Below are positions 51,075 to 63,600 of a DNA stretch of 64,000 nucleotides, piece after piece. Under the pieces are notes generated by a model that was not told where the DNA came from, searched no databases, and saw only the letters and a program-made list of their open reading frames with translations. Source of the DNA: Somniosus microcephalus (taxonomy: Eukaryota). The position numbers and the translations under genes are program-made. The stretch spans positions 248,930,001 to 248,994,000 of the forward strand of contig CM126207.1 of NCBI GenBank assembly GCA_052327205.1. The letters run 5' to 3'. Positions within the stretch are counted from its first letter, which is position 1; every line of letters starts with the position of its first letter.

Positions 51075-51830
51075 TGTCCTCGCTCCCTATTGAGCCTCGA
51101 TTATCTGTCCATCTCCCTCTCCACTTCACTTCTGCTCTCGGATTACTTCACTCTGTTTATTTTATTTCTCTCTCTACCTTGCTCCGTCTCAGTATCTTCA
51201 TCGAGTCCATCTCATTGTTTTTTGTGGTGCTGCTGCTGGTGGTGTTGTTGTTGTTGTTGTTGCCCCGACCCTTTCCTCCCCTCTCGCTCTCTGATTAAAT
51301 CTGCCCGATGTCCCAGTCTCCCTGATGGGAGTCTATCCCATCCTTTCATTTCTCTGCGTTATCTCGTCCCAATCTGGGCTCGCTTCGTCCTGTCCTTTCC
51401 CCCCTCCTGTCTCTGCCAACAATACACCAGCTCCCTTCCCACTGCTTTGCTTTCCCCTTCATTCTTCCCCTGTTTTCATGTTCTCCATTTCGTCTATCGC
51501 CCTTTGCCCCTTTCCCCTTCCTTTCTGCGTTTCATCTTGCCGTTTTCACTCTCTCTCCGTCCTTCTCTCATCTTTATCTTCCACTCCCGATTCCTTTTCT
51601 CCGATCCCTGTCTCTCTCTCTCTCTCTCTCTCCATTTCTTTCTTTTTCTCCTATTCGCCCTCTTTCACCGACTCCCCTCTTCTTTCGCTCTGATCATCTT
51701 ATCTCTTCCTTGCCCTCTCTGTCACTCGCACTCTAAGAGCTTTTACCCCCTCTTTACTTCTTTCTTTCTTTCATTCACTCCATCTCTCTCCTTCCCTCCT
51801 TCCCTCCCTCCCTCTCTACCTCCGGGATTT
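51075..51830 (+). repeat. Polypyrimidine/polypurine low-complexity tract with (TGY)n and (CT)n microsatellites
   Basis: The plus strand is overwhelmingly C/T. (TGC/TGT)n lies at about 51224-51263 and (CT)n at about 51611-51631. Confidence 0.9.
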
Positions 51831-52096
51831 CTCTTCCGATCTGAGTGCAGCTCGCTGACTCTCCGGCTCTTTTTAAACACATTCTCCAAAACCGATCGAT
51901 CACATGTGACTCTGAGAATCCGAAAATAAAGTCAACACGGGATCAAGGCTTTCCTACATTCAGCTTCCCTCCCCCCCCCCCTTCCCCAACCCCCCCCCCT
52001 CAACATCCCAGGAACTGAGAAAGAATGAAAACAAAATCCCGAAAAAGAAAATAAAAATAGAGAGAGAAAAAAAAACTCTTAACCCCGCCGTCTTAC

Positions 52097-52450
52097 GATC
52101 CCGGGACTCGAGGAGGAGGAGGAGGGAGAAAAACAAAATGAAGAACTTGGAAATCCAACCTCTTGTAGCCTACCGCATCCCAACTAACACATCCAGGGAC
52201 AGAGAGAGACCAAACAGGACGGAGAAAGAAAGCCCCGAGCCCGGCCACAGAAGCAGAGCGAAATCCCCCTCGCTCCCTTTCCCTCGGAGAAAGACGGACC
52301 CTCACGCCGAGCTCCAAGCTTCATCTCCCGGCTACGACCCCAAGCAGCTGCCGGCACTTCCAGCCCTCACTCCCGCGCTCGCATCGTGGCGTCTCCGGCA
52401 GCCCAGCTCTCTCATCCTCTCAATCCCAACTAAATAGATAGATTATTTAC
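52097..52450 (-). other. Candidate first (non-coding) exon; upstream boundary uncertain
   Basis: Donor ATC|GTAAGA at 52097/52096, at the end of a CpG-rich block and downstream of a (CT)n tract on the minus strand. Confidence 0.4.
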
Positions 52451-52688
52451 TTCATCAGACCGCTTGCAACCCTAAACATTGCATTAAAAAATGACCATAG
52501 TGGGGTCGAGACTCTGTTGACGGCTGGTCAAGATCAGGTTGGTGCGGATGTAAACATACAGGTAAAATAATAATAAACTTCAGTATTCAAAGTTCTGCTC
52601 GGATGCGGTTGTATTTATCATGACCATTTGCAAATAATAAAAAAAAAGTACAAGTGGGGGGAAAAGAAAGCTTAAGGCTGGCGGAGGA

Positions 52689-52689
<1 letters not shown>

Positions 52690-52719
<30 letters not shown>

Positions 52720-52725
52720 AAGAGA
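52690..52725 (+). repeat. (GA)n microsatellite
   Basis: gagagagagagagagagagagggagagagaaagaga. Confidence 0.9.
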
Positions 52726-55306
52726 GGGGCGCTGGCGATTGACTATAATTAACACATCCACAAAGAAGAAAAGCAAAGTGGCAAGAGGAAAAAAAAAAGT
52801 TGAAACTTACGATTTTCCACCGTCTGCTGTTTGTAAAAAGAGAATGGTGTAATCCAGATCAGCTCGTAAAGATCCCATACAAAGAGTCCTCAGGGCCCGG
52901 CGACACTCGCATTAGGACAGACAGGACATTCCAGGAGCAAAAATTTCAGCGATCGCGGTGGAAAAGAGGGCGAAACTCGCAATGAAAAAAGTCGATGGAT
53001 CTTTATTCTGCTAATTAGTTTCCGTGCAAAAATGGCTGTGATTAATTCAGTGCGCATGTGCTTCATTACGAAGGCACGACGGGAAGGGCTAATTAGCGAC
53101 CTCGGATCAATATTCAAGTGACGCTTTTCGGAGTCCGCCACAAAGTCAGGAATATAGAGATATATATTTATAAAATGAAAAATACTGACTGGTACACAAA
53201 TGCAAGCGAGAGGGGAGGGGGGGCGAGGAAATAAAGAATCTACTGTATATGTATAATAATAAGACGATGTGCTTAAAAATCCAACCCCTCTGCATAGATT
53301 CATTAATTCTATTCCTGATTAACAGGGGTCCCTGCTAGCTCTTCCCAAGACGTCGTGGCTTTTTTTTTTACCCCTGCAAATATTAAGCGATCGTTTTATG
53401 GACAGATGATCTTTAATTTCTAATCCTTTTTTTTAATAAGTATTGTTTTAATTGTATTATTATCTGGAAAACAATAACAGCTCGCCGGCACTCTTGGAAG
53501 ATTATAATTTTAGGTTTTTTGCCACACTATTGCAAACGCGAGGCGATGATATTTAAGGTCTTTTAGCAGGAAAATCCTACTATTCACTATTATGGAATTT
53601 ATTTATTTTTTGACAATTAGTAGAATTCCCAAGACTAAGCTCTTTTAACTGCTTTTTTTAAAAAAAAAGAGAAGTTATATTACTTCTGGGCTGACTATTA
53701 AACTCTATTTTCTTAAAATTCTTTGAACTTTACGTTTGAATGCACAGAACTGAGAAACACTCTTACGAAACTTGCGCTCCGGAGGTAAATTCCTTTCCCC
53801 TGCTTCGCGATTTCTAATACAATATTTCATTTCACGAGAACTACACAAGATGCTAATGCAATATTTTCGCCTTTTTCTTATAAATTAATACTAGTTTTCT
53901 CATCAGGTTTAAAAATGCTAATTTCACTGTTTTTGCTTGTTATGTATTACTGGGAATCCACATCACTTTAGAAAAGGTTTTTTTTTGCTTATTCATCTTT
54001 CCTGTGTATTGTAGGCAACATTTACATTGTCAAAACAGCTAATATTGTAAAATCGGTTCAAATGCAATTTAAACTTGAAATGATAGAATATTTGGCATTG
54101 CATGTGCTTCTCCAACTTTCCCGCTGTCCGCATTGTCTTGAGAGAGTTGATCATTTGAGGGGGAATAATAGGGGGAAAAAAACCCATTGCAAGGAACACA
54201 TTTCAGAAATAAATATATCAGACAAATTCACTGGAAGCAGAGACAGGGAAAGCTGGGGAAACACACACTTGTTTGTACGGGTTACCCTCGGAGTTTTCCT
54301 ATTGCTACAATTGCTTGAATTGGAATAGAAAGTGTTTTATTCAGTGTATTGAGCGGATGTAACGGAATTTGCTGCGATCGATCGGCGATCTTTCGAACAG
54401 TTTTCATGCTTGTTTGGAAGTTAATAAAAAATAAATACACCGACAACACAAATAAAAGCCAAGAGTTTGAACACTGTGTCGAATACCACATGAATAACCT
54501 ATATTAACAATTATTAGCTCTGCTCTGTAATTATACAAACCGCTGGATCAATAGCAACCATATTTACATTAAATATATAGTTCTCTACGTGTTTTTAAAT
54601 GGAATAACAGAGGCAGGTAGCAAGCCATTGCGGCTCAAACCCTGGTGAATATACTTTGCATTTCATTTTCTGCTATTTCTGCACATATTTCCCCCAATCA
54701 GCTCTTATAAGTTACTGACCAATCTTTTCTTAGCGTTTACACCGAATTAAATATCAACAAATCTAATGCTGTGCATGTTCTTCTCGATCCTTTAGCAGAA
54801 ATACGCGTTCAGGAGGAATGCTTTCTTATGTGACCTATTTATTTACAGTGCATTATTATCCGCGGAAATACTCTGAGCTTCTCCTAATCAAGCGACACAG
54901 GGCAGGAAAAGCAGCCTTAAATATCTGTTAAAATGACCAACTGTTATTTTCCCGCAAGCTTCCCATTCCTGTTTTTATCTATCTATATGTTTAATACATT
55001 TCCACGTATGTACAATATACCTTGATGAATAAAACATGAATTGCTAAGAGAGAGGTTGTGTATGGGCAAAAAAAAAATCAGATATTTGGGGGATTGAAAC
55101 TTGCTCTTAAAGCGACATGGTGCTAGTTTCCCTGGGCAATCCAGTGCTGGGATTTCAGGATACCGCCGTGCTTGTTTGGGGTAGATCAGCGGGGCCTGGG
55201 GTCTCTCTCTCCTCTCTGTTTTTTCCTGGATGAAATGATAGTGGAGTTGAATGAATGAAGGATGGGTTGACGGTAGTTGTGTCTGGCTGGGGTTTTGCAG
55301 GTGCAA

Positions 55307-55326
55307 TGGCAGCGCCCTCTGATGTT
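55307..55326 (-). promoter_or_regulatory. CTCF-like motif
   Basis: The minus strand reads acatcagagggcgctgcca, compared with the consensus CCASYAGRKGGCRS. Confidence 0.4.
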
Positions 55327-56158
55327 CAACACTGACCGCCCTAAGCACTTCTCATCTCTCCTTCCCAACCTCCTCAACATCCCCAGCTGTAAATATGTAC
55401 ATGCAGCAAACAACAAATCTAACATCTTCTCATAAATACGCCTGACTAGCTGAGCTATTACACGGACTTAGATTGGAACATGGGGGGGGAGATACATTTT
55501 ATTACTCAAAAAGCACATCAAAACAGAAAAGAAAATCTTCTGCGTCGGAATTCTTTTGCAATATATTTTCCGTTAAAACAGCTGAAGTGTTCCCCTTCCC
55601 AATCACTGTTTAAGTTGTGTGTTTGTACCCTATACGCCTTGAAACGTTTAAATCGATAAATGTTTCCGTAACTTTCTAAAAATACGTTTAAAAAAAAAAT
55701 CCGCTTTTAATTTATAATTAAGCAAATTCATGATGCGATTTTAAAACTATATTCGACTTTTTGAAACTAAGTTAAAATTCTTGCGCTGTGCAGACTCTTC
55801 GCCGCCGCAATACGGATTTGGTTTGCGTTTTAAGGGAGAAATCCTTAATTAATAATTAATCCTGTTTTTAGCAATTAGTATCACCTTAGGTTTACTGTGT
55901 AATGATATATTTTTCAGCAAGTGAACGAATATTTCAGTGCAAACGGGGCAATTGCGTTATTGATGTCGCACCAGCGATTAAACAGTTTGCTCAAGTTTAA
56001 ATGCCCTCTAACAGTTTCAAGAATTCGACTTTGATGTTCTGAATTAGTTACATCGAATACTAACGCTGGAAATTACCGTTTGTATTTTACACATTGAGGT
56101 GTGGGAGCCAAATGTTACCCTAAAGGGTATTTGTAAATTGCAAACGCCCCGTTATGTT

Positions 56159-56183
56159 TGTGTGTGTGTGTATGTGTGTGTGT
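56159..56183 (+). repeat. (TG)n microsatellite
   Basis: tgtgtgtgtgtgtatgtgtgtgtgt. Confidence 0.9.
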
Positions 56184-58594
56184 AAAGCTGGGAACAATAA
56201 CAAATATTTGTGAGATAATATCAAAAAAAAAGTCGACTGAGGGTTTTTTCTCCCCAAACTGATTGTTTTAGGCTTTGATGTCTGCTAAACAATGTTGGCA
56301 ATAAGATTACAATGGAAATAAATCGGCAGTGTAGAGCGCTGATTCCCATTAACAACATGATGCATGATGCACATTTTAGCATTTCTGCCAAAAACGACTC
56401 TTCATTCCTCAAATGAAAAAGGATACATCTTATAAAACGTTTACCTCGAAATAATTTATGCAAATCAAATTTAACAATTTTATCATGGAAAAAGCACGCG
56501 CTGGCTTTTGACAAAAAAAAGAGGTAGCACACGAAAATAAAACTTTGATGGGTAACCAAGTACTGTATTAATTTCTCACTTTTAACACGCGGAATGCACT
56601 TTCCGAAGCAAATAATGCACAGAAATCGTCTTTACTCCATTCAAAACGTTTGGATTTTCATTCCATAGACAATGTGTACTTTTTAGGGTTTAAGAAACAA
56701 ATCCATCTCGGGGTCTAATTACAAGCAAATATCTTAACAGATTCCTACAAAAATTAAGATGTGTACGAATAATTACTAATTGTATCATTCCATTCGGTTA
56801 AAAATGATATTAGTTCATTGCTGGGCATTAAAACGCGTGTGCATTCCTCGTTTATATATCTTTTTTAATATGAATGCAATCGACTTTACTATTTCAAAGG
56901 GTTTGACCTGCGATGTAACGGTTTTTTTTATTAATAGTGGACAGTGGAACTCCGACAGATATAACGGAGATTTGATTCGCTACAGGTCCCGAAGGTTGCT
57001 CCGAGTTTCCTCAGTACTACAAATACATCGCAGTTTAAAATCTTACTTGATACCTTTAATAATACAGTACTTACAGTATGATTTTTTTAAAGGAAGGGGC
57101 GAATGTTGGAAAGCAAAACTGACTAACAGTGTAATAGATGATGGAGAATAACTGTTCAGTCGAAAGGATTAGACATTTAAAAAAAGGCTAGGTATTTGGT
57201 TCAGGCTCCACTCCCATGGTCACAGACAGAGGCAGCGCTTTATACATGAGAAACAGACAGCCGTGCACACGGGCGCAGACAGACACACACACAGACACAC
57301 ATACTGAGAGACCTTAACAGAACCATGTGATTCATATACTGAAACCTCTGCATCCAATTCACGGATATATTTCTTTCTACACATACGCACACATACTGTA
57401 TCATTGATCTACACGTCTATACCGTGTACATAAGTTACGAACTGATATAACCATGCAAAAAGTGCTGCATAATTTATTTTTAATGAGAGCAATATATGTC
57501 CCCAATAATCTTTATTGGTAGTAGCATCTTGTTTTTTAAGCTGATATTACCTACTGCAATACCAAAAACTCCAGCCTTTTCCCTATTTTTCTTGCTGTCA
57601 TTGGGATGCAAACACACATGGGGAGATCCTTCGGCAGTACCTTGAAACTGTTCGCTACATACAGTATTCATGTTATTGCAGACAGGTCATCAGGCCACAA
57701 GTTCCCAATAGAGTACAGCGTAAAACTTTTATTTGGATACATCGTATCTCCTTCAGACTTGACAACTTTGTGATGCAAGGTTTAACATACAATTTGTTAC
57801 ACTGCTAATTTTAATATTATCTCTTAATTATTAACAATGTTGCACTGTTATTTCTCGATATAACATGATCGAATTAGTTTGGAGCTCTTGCAATTTTTCC
57901 AATTCGCATTATGGAAGCTTAGCTACTTGGTTGCTGGTTTGAAAAGCCAGAAGAAAATGCCATGAAGTAAAGAGGAATTTCCTACAATTTCAATATTGTG
58001 CAGTTATCAATATTTTATATGCAGCGCATGTTTACTTTTACAAACGTTTATTTTCGATGTATTATGTTTCAGAAACCGATGTGTCACAAACTAATTTTCT
58101 CATATATATAAAACACACATATATATGTATATTATATATTATCCTCAGATAAAAGCACACCATTCATCGCATTTATTGATCAAATATAATGATGCACAAC
58201 TGCACATGTTTAGTATTAAACAGATGATATACATTAAATGCAAAATTCAGAAATCGACTGTGCATTTAATATAACAAACAATATATTCTTTTTTGCAATT
58301 CTAAGCAATATCAAGCTGCGCTGATCTATTATCCTACGGATTATTCTTATTTATTAAAATCATATGTATACATTCAACCTGTTTTTTTTCCAACCCGCAA
58401 TACAATATGTGGAACTGCAAGATAATTTAGAACTAAGCGAGTGCAATTTGAGTTTTGAATGCAAATAACTGAATAAAGATAATTGGCAACGGTTTACATA
58501 TTGCAGTTCGCAAAGCACTGACTGGAGTTTGCTGACCTGTTGCCCTAAAGGTCTATGGCGTCGGTGGTTTCACTGCAGCAACTGAGAGGCTCAG

Positions 58595-58720
58595 AACAGG
58601 GAATTTCCCTTCGCATCGACCTTCCAGCCAACCACCACCTCACCTGAAGACATCACGTGATCTCCCAGGACGGGGTATTGTGACGTCTCCCACTGACAGG
58701 TGACGCGTTCGATTGGAAAG
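58595..58720. promoter_or_regulatory. Dense transcription-factor motif cluster (candidate distal promoter or enhancer)
   Basis: GGGAATTTCCC at 58599-58609, ATCACGTGAT at 58652-58661, TGACGT at 58681, TGACG at 58701 and ATTGG at 58712-58716. Confidence 0.5.
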
Positions 58721-60396
58721 GTTGTCAAAGGTGCTGTTCGCAAAGGTTTGTGGGTGTTGTAGTTCGGCACACTGCTTCAGTCATATCTGACTTGCTAGGA
58801 CTTCGCCCTAAACAAACTACAATACCCAGAGGACAAGGCACCCAACGCTTGGCCAGAAAGGTGCACGTTTCCACCAGTATCTAATCTCCATCTGGAAATA
58901 AATATTAGTGAGGGATTATTTGCACTTTGTTTCAGTTAGTTACTACTATACATTGACAGATCATGCACCGCTCATTTATTTACGTTTCTTTGCAGTATTC
59001 GTTTTATCACCTGAACATATTCATCTTTTGTCGTTTGGAGCACTGGGGTATGCTGCCACAGTGCGGGGCGTTAAGTTTCCCGAAACTACTCCAGTTTATA
59101 CATTCAAGGCATTCTATTGATGAAAACATGACTTTAAGCACTGAATATTTAACACTGAGGTTAAATTATTGATAAATCTAATCAAAAATACAGATCACAA
59201 TGTCAGAAAGTACGGGATAATTCAGTGCATGCAATTCTGAAAAGGCATTTTTCTAAAATAAGCAAATTATTGCCAAGTCTCAGTTTGGTCCTAACTTGCT
59301 ATTAGCATAGTCATTTCTGCGATTTTGAAACCAGCTACACGCGGAGTTTTGTGCACCTGCTATATATTACACATAGCAGCATCTCATTGCACTCGAAGAT
59401 TTTGAAACTAAGTACGAGTAATTTTGCCAGTTGATTACCAATAGTACCCGCTTGATTGTGTCACGTTGCGAAATATACTCTGCCCCTGACCCTTCAACTG
59501 AAATGCTGAACCTGATTTATGGAACAGCCAATATGTTAGAAAACAGTTTTCACTATGACTTACTAATTGACATCAGCACGCAACAGCCACCAGTGACTGA
59601 CATCAAAAGGCTTTGAAAACAAAGAATGTTGCCGACTGATATCACAAAGGACAAGGCACCTGATTCCCGCATAGAAATATGTTCAGTTATTATCCAACTC
59701 CTCGCTATCTTGACAATATATATACTTGTACAGTGAAAAACAAGTGAAAACACTTGCAATTTACAGGTACATAACAATTATCATCCACAGGTATAATTAA
59801 ACAAAGACTGATTATTTTCAGGCTTTTATTCTTCAGGTTACAGAAGTGACTCTGCTCTCATGGTCTCGACCATGGTCTTTTAATCTTTGGACTGTAGCTA
59901 CATTTGTCTAACAATAAAACAATGCATCCTGCTGGGGAAAAAAAGGTTTTGTTTCCCTCTTTCCTCTTAATTCAAAGTCACTTATTTGATTGTTCAAAAA
60001 CATGTTAGGCACTAAATTCAGACTTTGCTGCATTTTTTCTGTTGCCTAATTTGAATTACTGGATAGTTCAATTCTGTTTAGTGCTAAAACCTAAATGATT
60101 AGGAATAGAATGTAACTGACTGTTGTTTGTCACTGTTTATGATTAAGATTCGTACTTTTTGTTGGAATTTATTAAATTACACCAGCAAAATGAACAGTCA
60201 AGGATAACATCCAATTAATGGGATTATTACATATTGTTACTGTATTAAATTAATATCAACCACAATTGACCTGTCAATATTGAAGAATACACCACAACTG
60301 CATGACCCCGATTGTGTTTTATGAGTGGTTCATCATATAATATAACCATTTTGTGCTTTATATGTCATGCTCTATTAGAATTTATATAACAATATG

Positions 60397-60828
60397 TTAG
60401 CTTGGATCTGAATCATAAGGCCATAGGTTCAGTCCCCCTTCAGGATTTGAGCACATTATCCAGATTGACTCTGGTGCAGTACTGAGGGAGCACTTCATTG
60501 TCACAGGTGACAACTTTTGAATGAGATATTAAAGTGAGGCCCCATCCACCTGATTAGATGGATGTAAAAGATCCCATGGTACCATTTGAAGAGGAGCAAG
60601 GAAGCTTTCCTGGTGTCCTGGCCAACATTTATCCCTCAACCAACATCATGAAAAAAACAAATTTACTGGTCGTTTATCTCATGTGGAATCTTGCTGTGTG
60701 CAACTTGGATGCTACATTTGTCAGAAAAAGAACAGTGACTGCACTTCAAAAGTAATCCACTGTCTTGAAACAACTTTGGGACATCTTAAGGACATGAAAG
60801 GCACTATGCAAATGCACATGTTTTTCTT
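60397..60828 (+). mobile_element. Degenerate Deu-domain SINE
   Basis: Colinear with 63601-64000 (ggttcagtccc...gatgtaaaagatcccatgg...cctggccaacatttatccctcaacc...). Confidence 0.85.
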
Positions 60829-60939
60829 GAATTTCATTCTTGACTGTATTTTGGAAGAAAGAAAAAACTTGCATTTATATAGCAGCCTTTATGTCCTCAA
60901 GGCACCCAAAATGCTTCACAGCCAATCATCATAACTTAT

Positions 60940-61040
60940 AAATAAAACAGAAAAATGCTGGACACACTCAGCAGGTCAGGCCGTGTCTGTGGAGAGAACA
61001 GACAATTTAATGTTTCAGGTATGTATCCATCTTCAAGGCT
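60940..61040 (-). mobile_element. Penelope-like terminal-repeat fragment
   Basis: The reverse complement ttgaagatggatacatacctgaaacattaa...ctccacagacacggcctgacctgctgagtgtgtccagcatttttctgtttt is homologous to 28040-28165. Confidence 0.5.
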
Positions 61041-61157
61041 AGAGGGTATTACCAATGAACAGTTTTTAAAAAAAGGAACAGAACAAGGGGAAAGTGGAGG
61101 GCAAAACACTAAAGTACTTTTTGAAGTGCCACAACTGTTTGCAGGCAAAGTTATACA

Positions 61158-61320
61158 GGGGTAGAATTTCTGTGGGGTTTCTCTCGACCTCCCACATAAC
61201 TTTGGAAGAAGATGGGCAGGATTGACAGAAATGGCCGCTTATACCATTTCTCTGGGGTTTCCACCAATCTCACGCTGAAGTTACAGTGGGAGATTGGGAG
61301 TGCCTCTGCAGAAAATACTT
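61158..61320. mobile_element. Short palindromic MITE-like element
   Basis: The left arm gtagaatttctgtggggtttctctcgacctcccacataactt pairs imperfectly with aagttacagtgggagattgggagtgcctctgcagaaaatac. Confidence 0.55.
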
Positions 61321-63600
61321 TTAAAAAAGGATCAAATTAAGAAACCTAATTGCATCCTTTTCTAAAAGATCGTACAACATCTACTTGAATTGTTATTTAT
61401 ATTCTTAAATATTATTTAAAAATGGGTCTTGTCTTCATCATTTGCCTGCTTGGCAAATCTTTAATTTCTTAACAATATAGTAACATGATAACTTAAGCTG
61501 CATCAAAATGCATCACCTTGTCACTTGCGAAAGGTGCTATTGTGATAACAATGACAAATGGTATTTCCACCATCTAACACAAAAGCCAAACACTTTTTTA
61601 TGAAGCTGCAGCCCTTTTAAAGTGTTGATTACAATTATACAGGCCAGAAATGAACAGGTGTGCTATTAACAAACCAATTACTTAATGTTAAACTGATGTG
61701 TTCAAGGTGCTACCTTGTATCTCCACCTATTACTTGTGATCTGTTTAGCATTGTTTTAAATAAAGTATTTAATTAGTTATACACTAACGATCAAATGCTT
61801 CCAGGTAAGCACATTATACTGTAAACTTTACTGTCGTACAGTTTCAGTAATTTTCAATTTCCATATACATAGGAAACATTAAATAATAATAGCATGCTCA
61901 AAATGTGCTTTTATATTTAAAAAAACTTCAAGCTTAACATTAAGCCCAGGCATTTTTTTTTCTGCTAAACTACAGTGAATACAGTAAATGTTAGCCTTTC
62001 CAACAAGACAACGAGTCTCCAGTTTCTAGGCATTCTTAGTAGCTTTTAGCCAGTGGTGTGCATTTTCCCACAGGAAAGCAGCTGCTGGCTGTATAAAGAG
62101 CTTGGACTGGAAAGGGTCTATTAATATAATGGTATGCAGTTCTATGTGTTAACAATCGGATCTACACATCAAGATGAAAAGCAATTTCAGTGATAGTACA
62201 TTTGCTTACTGGTTTTGAAATTGTTTTCTTCACAATGATACAGAAATAAAATTTTTAGCATGCAAAACCACAGACCATTATAGCATTAGAAGCTTTTCAC
62301 TCAAAATTCTGCAAAATCCTCAGAGGCTGCGAGCTGCCTTTCAGTTTTGCCGGTATGGTTTACTGAGGGAAAAAAAAATCCTTTAGGTAGACTGATATCA
62401 GCCGTAGGCCACCCAACATTACGATTCTCCAGAGATTCCTTTTTTAGGTGAAACCATCAGGGATACACTCCCACTGAATCAGTCTCTGGAAATAGTCAAC
62501 AAGAATCTGGAATAGCTTGGCAGGGATTCAGTGATGATTACTGAATGTTTGTTTAAATCCTTCTGTTTTCTTCGTTCAGAATAGTGTTTGAGGTTTCAGC
62601 CTGTACTCTGGAACACACAGCAGAGGACAGGGTTGCCAGCTTTCCAGAGCCTTATTAGGAATACAAATTAGGTCATATTCCAATCCAGTGCAGTACTTAA
62701 ATAGGATCTCACCCCAGGACATCTTTCATACTTTCCCTGGCTTGCTAGGGCTACAGTAGCATCAAAGTCATAATAGCAAGCTAACATAGCAAAACATACT
62801 TATTATACAGCTTACATCCTAATAATCTGATAAAGATTCAAAACAAAATACAAACACTCCCGATAATTTGATCACAATTTATCCCACTTTATGTTGCAAA
62901 ACCATCCACAACAGGTGAAACACCACAGCTAACCAGCTTTTAAACTTTTATGCTGCACTGTTTTTTTTTTAACTCTTCCTCCCAGAAATGTGCCTCTCAC
63001 ATTTTGATAATCTTCCTCGACAAAACTGCAAGACAGTTTGACTCACCACTGCAGGCACCATCACTCTTAGTTCAGCTGCTGAGATGCACCATAGTGATAT
63101 GAAAAGACCCCCTCCTTCTTTGCTGGATTGGCAACTTACTTCTGCTCAGTGCTGCATCTTGATTGTTCAACCAAGACCTGCAGTTTGATATTCACTGGAA
63201 TGTCCCAAGAGACTAGAATTAGGACTTTTAGCCAGGTCTCTGGTTCAGCTGCACAGTGCGTCAACACAATTCACCACTGGATGCCCACTAAATCAACAAC
63301 TTGCATTTATATCACACCTTTAACATGGAAAAACATCCCAAGCCATATTGCAGAGGCAAATCAGAAGCTAACATGCAAACTATACCTCATCGAGCTGTCA
63401 GTGATCCTGTGACTAATACATAGCATATTTTGTGTATACACCAGCATATGACGACCCAGACTTCAGAGTTTATCCATTTCTTTATACATTTGGCAACATA
63501 TCCACACTTCTTTTCTTTTCACATTGCTATTTCCTTATAGTACACATATAATATTTTTTTATTTCATTGTGTTTGTTTTTATTTCGAACTCAATTATCTT

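Larger units (their letters stand above)
50150..53250. promoter_or_regulatory. CpG-island promoter region (GC/CpG-dense cores at about 50420-50760 and 52080-52420)
   Basis: Very dense CpG (e.g. cggccgggccgggcgggcggcggcagcg), GA/CT tracts and no interspersed repeats. Confidence 0.75.

Noticed and set aside
51072-51929. 285-aa ORF rich in Ser/Leu/Phe/Pro with a poly-Cys run
   Set aside because: It is an artefact of a C/T-rich strand that rarely forms stop codons. The Cys run is a (TGY)n microsatellite, and overlapping frames are open too.
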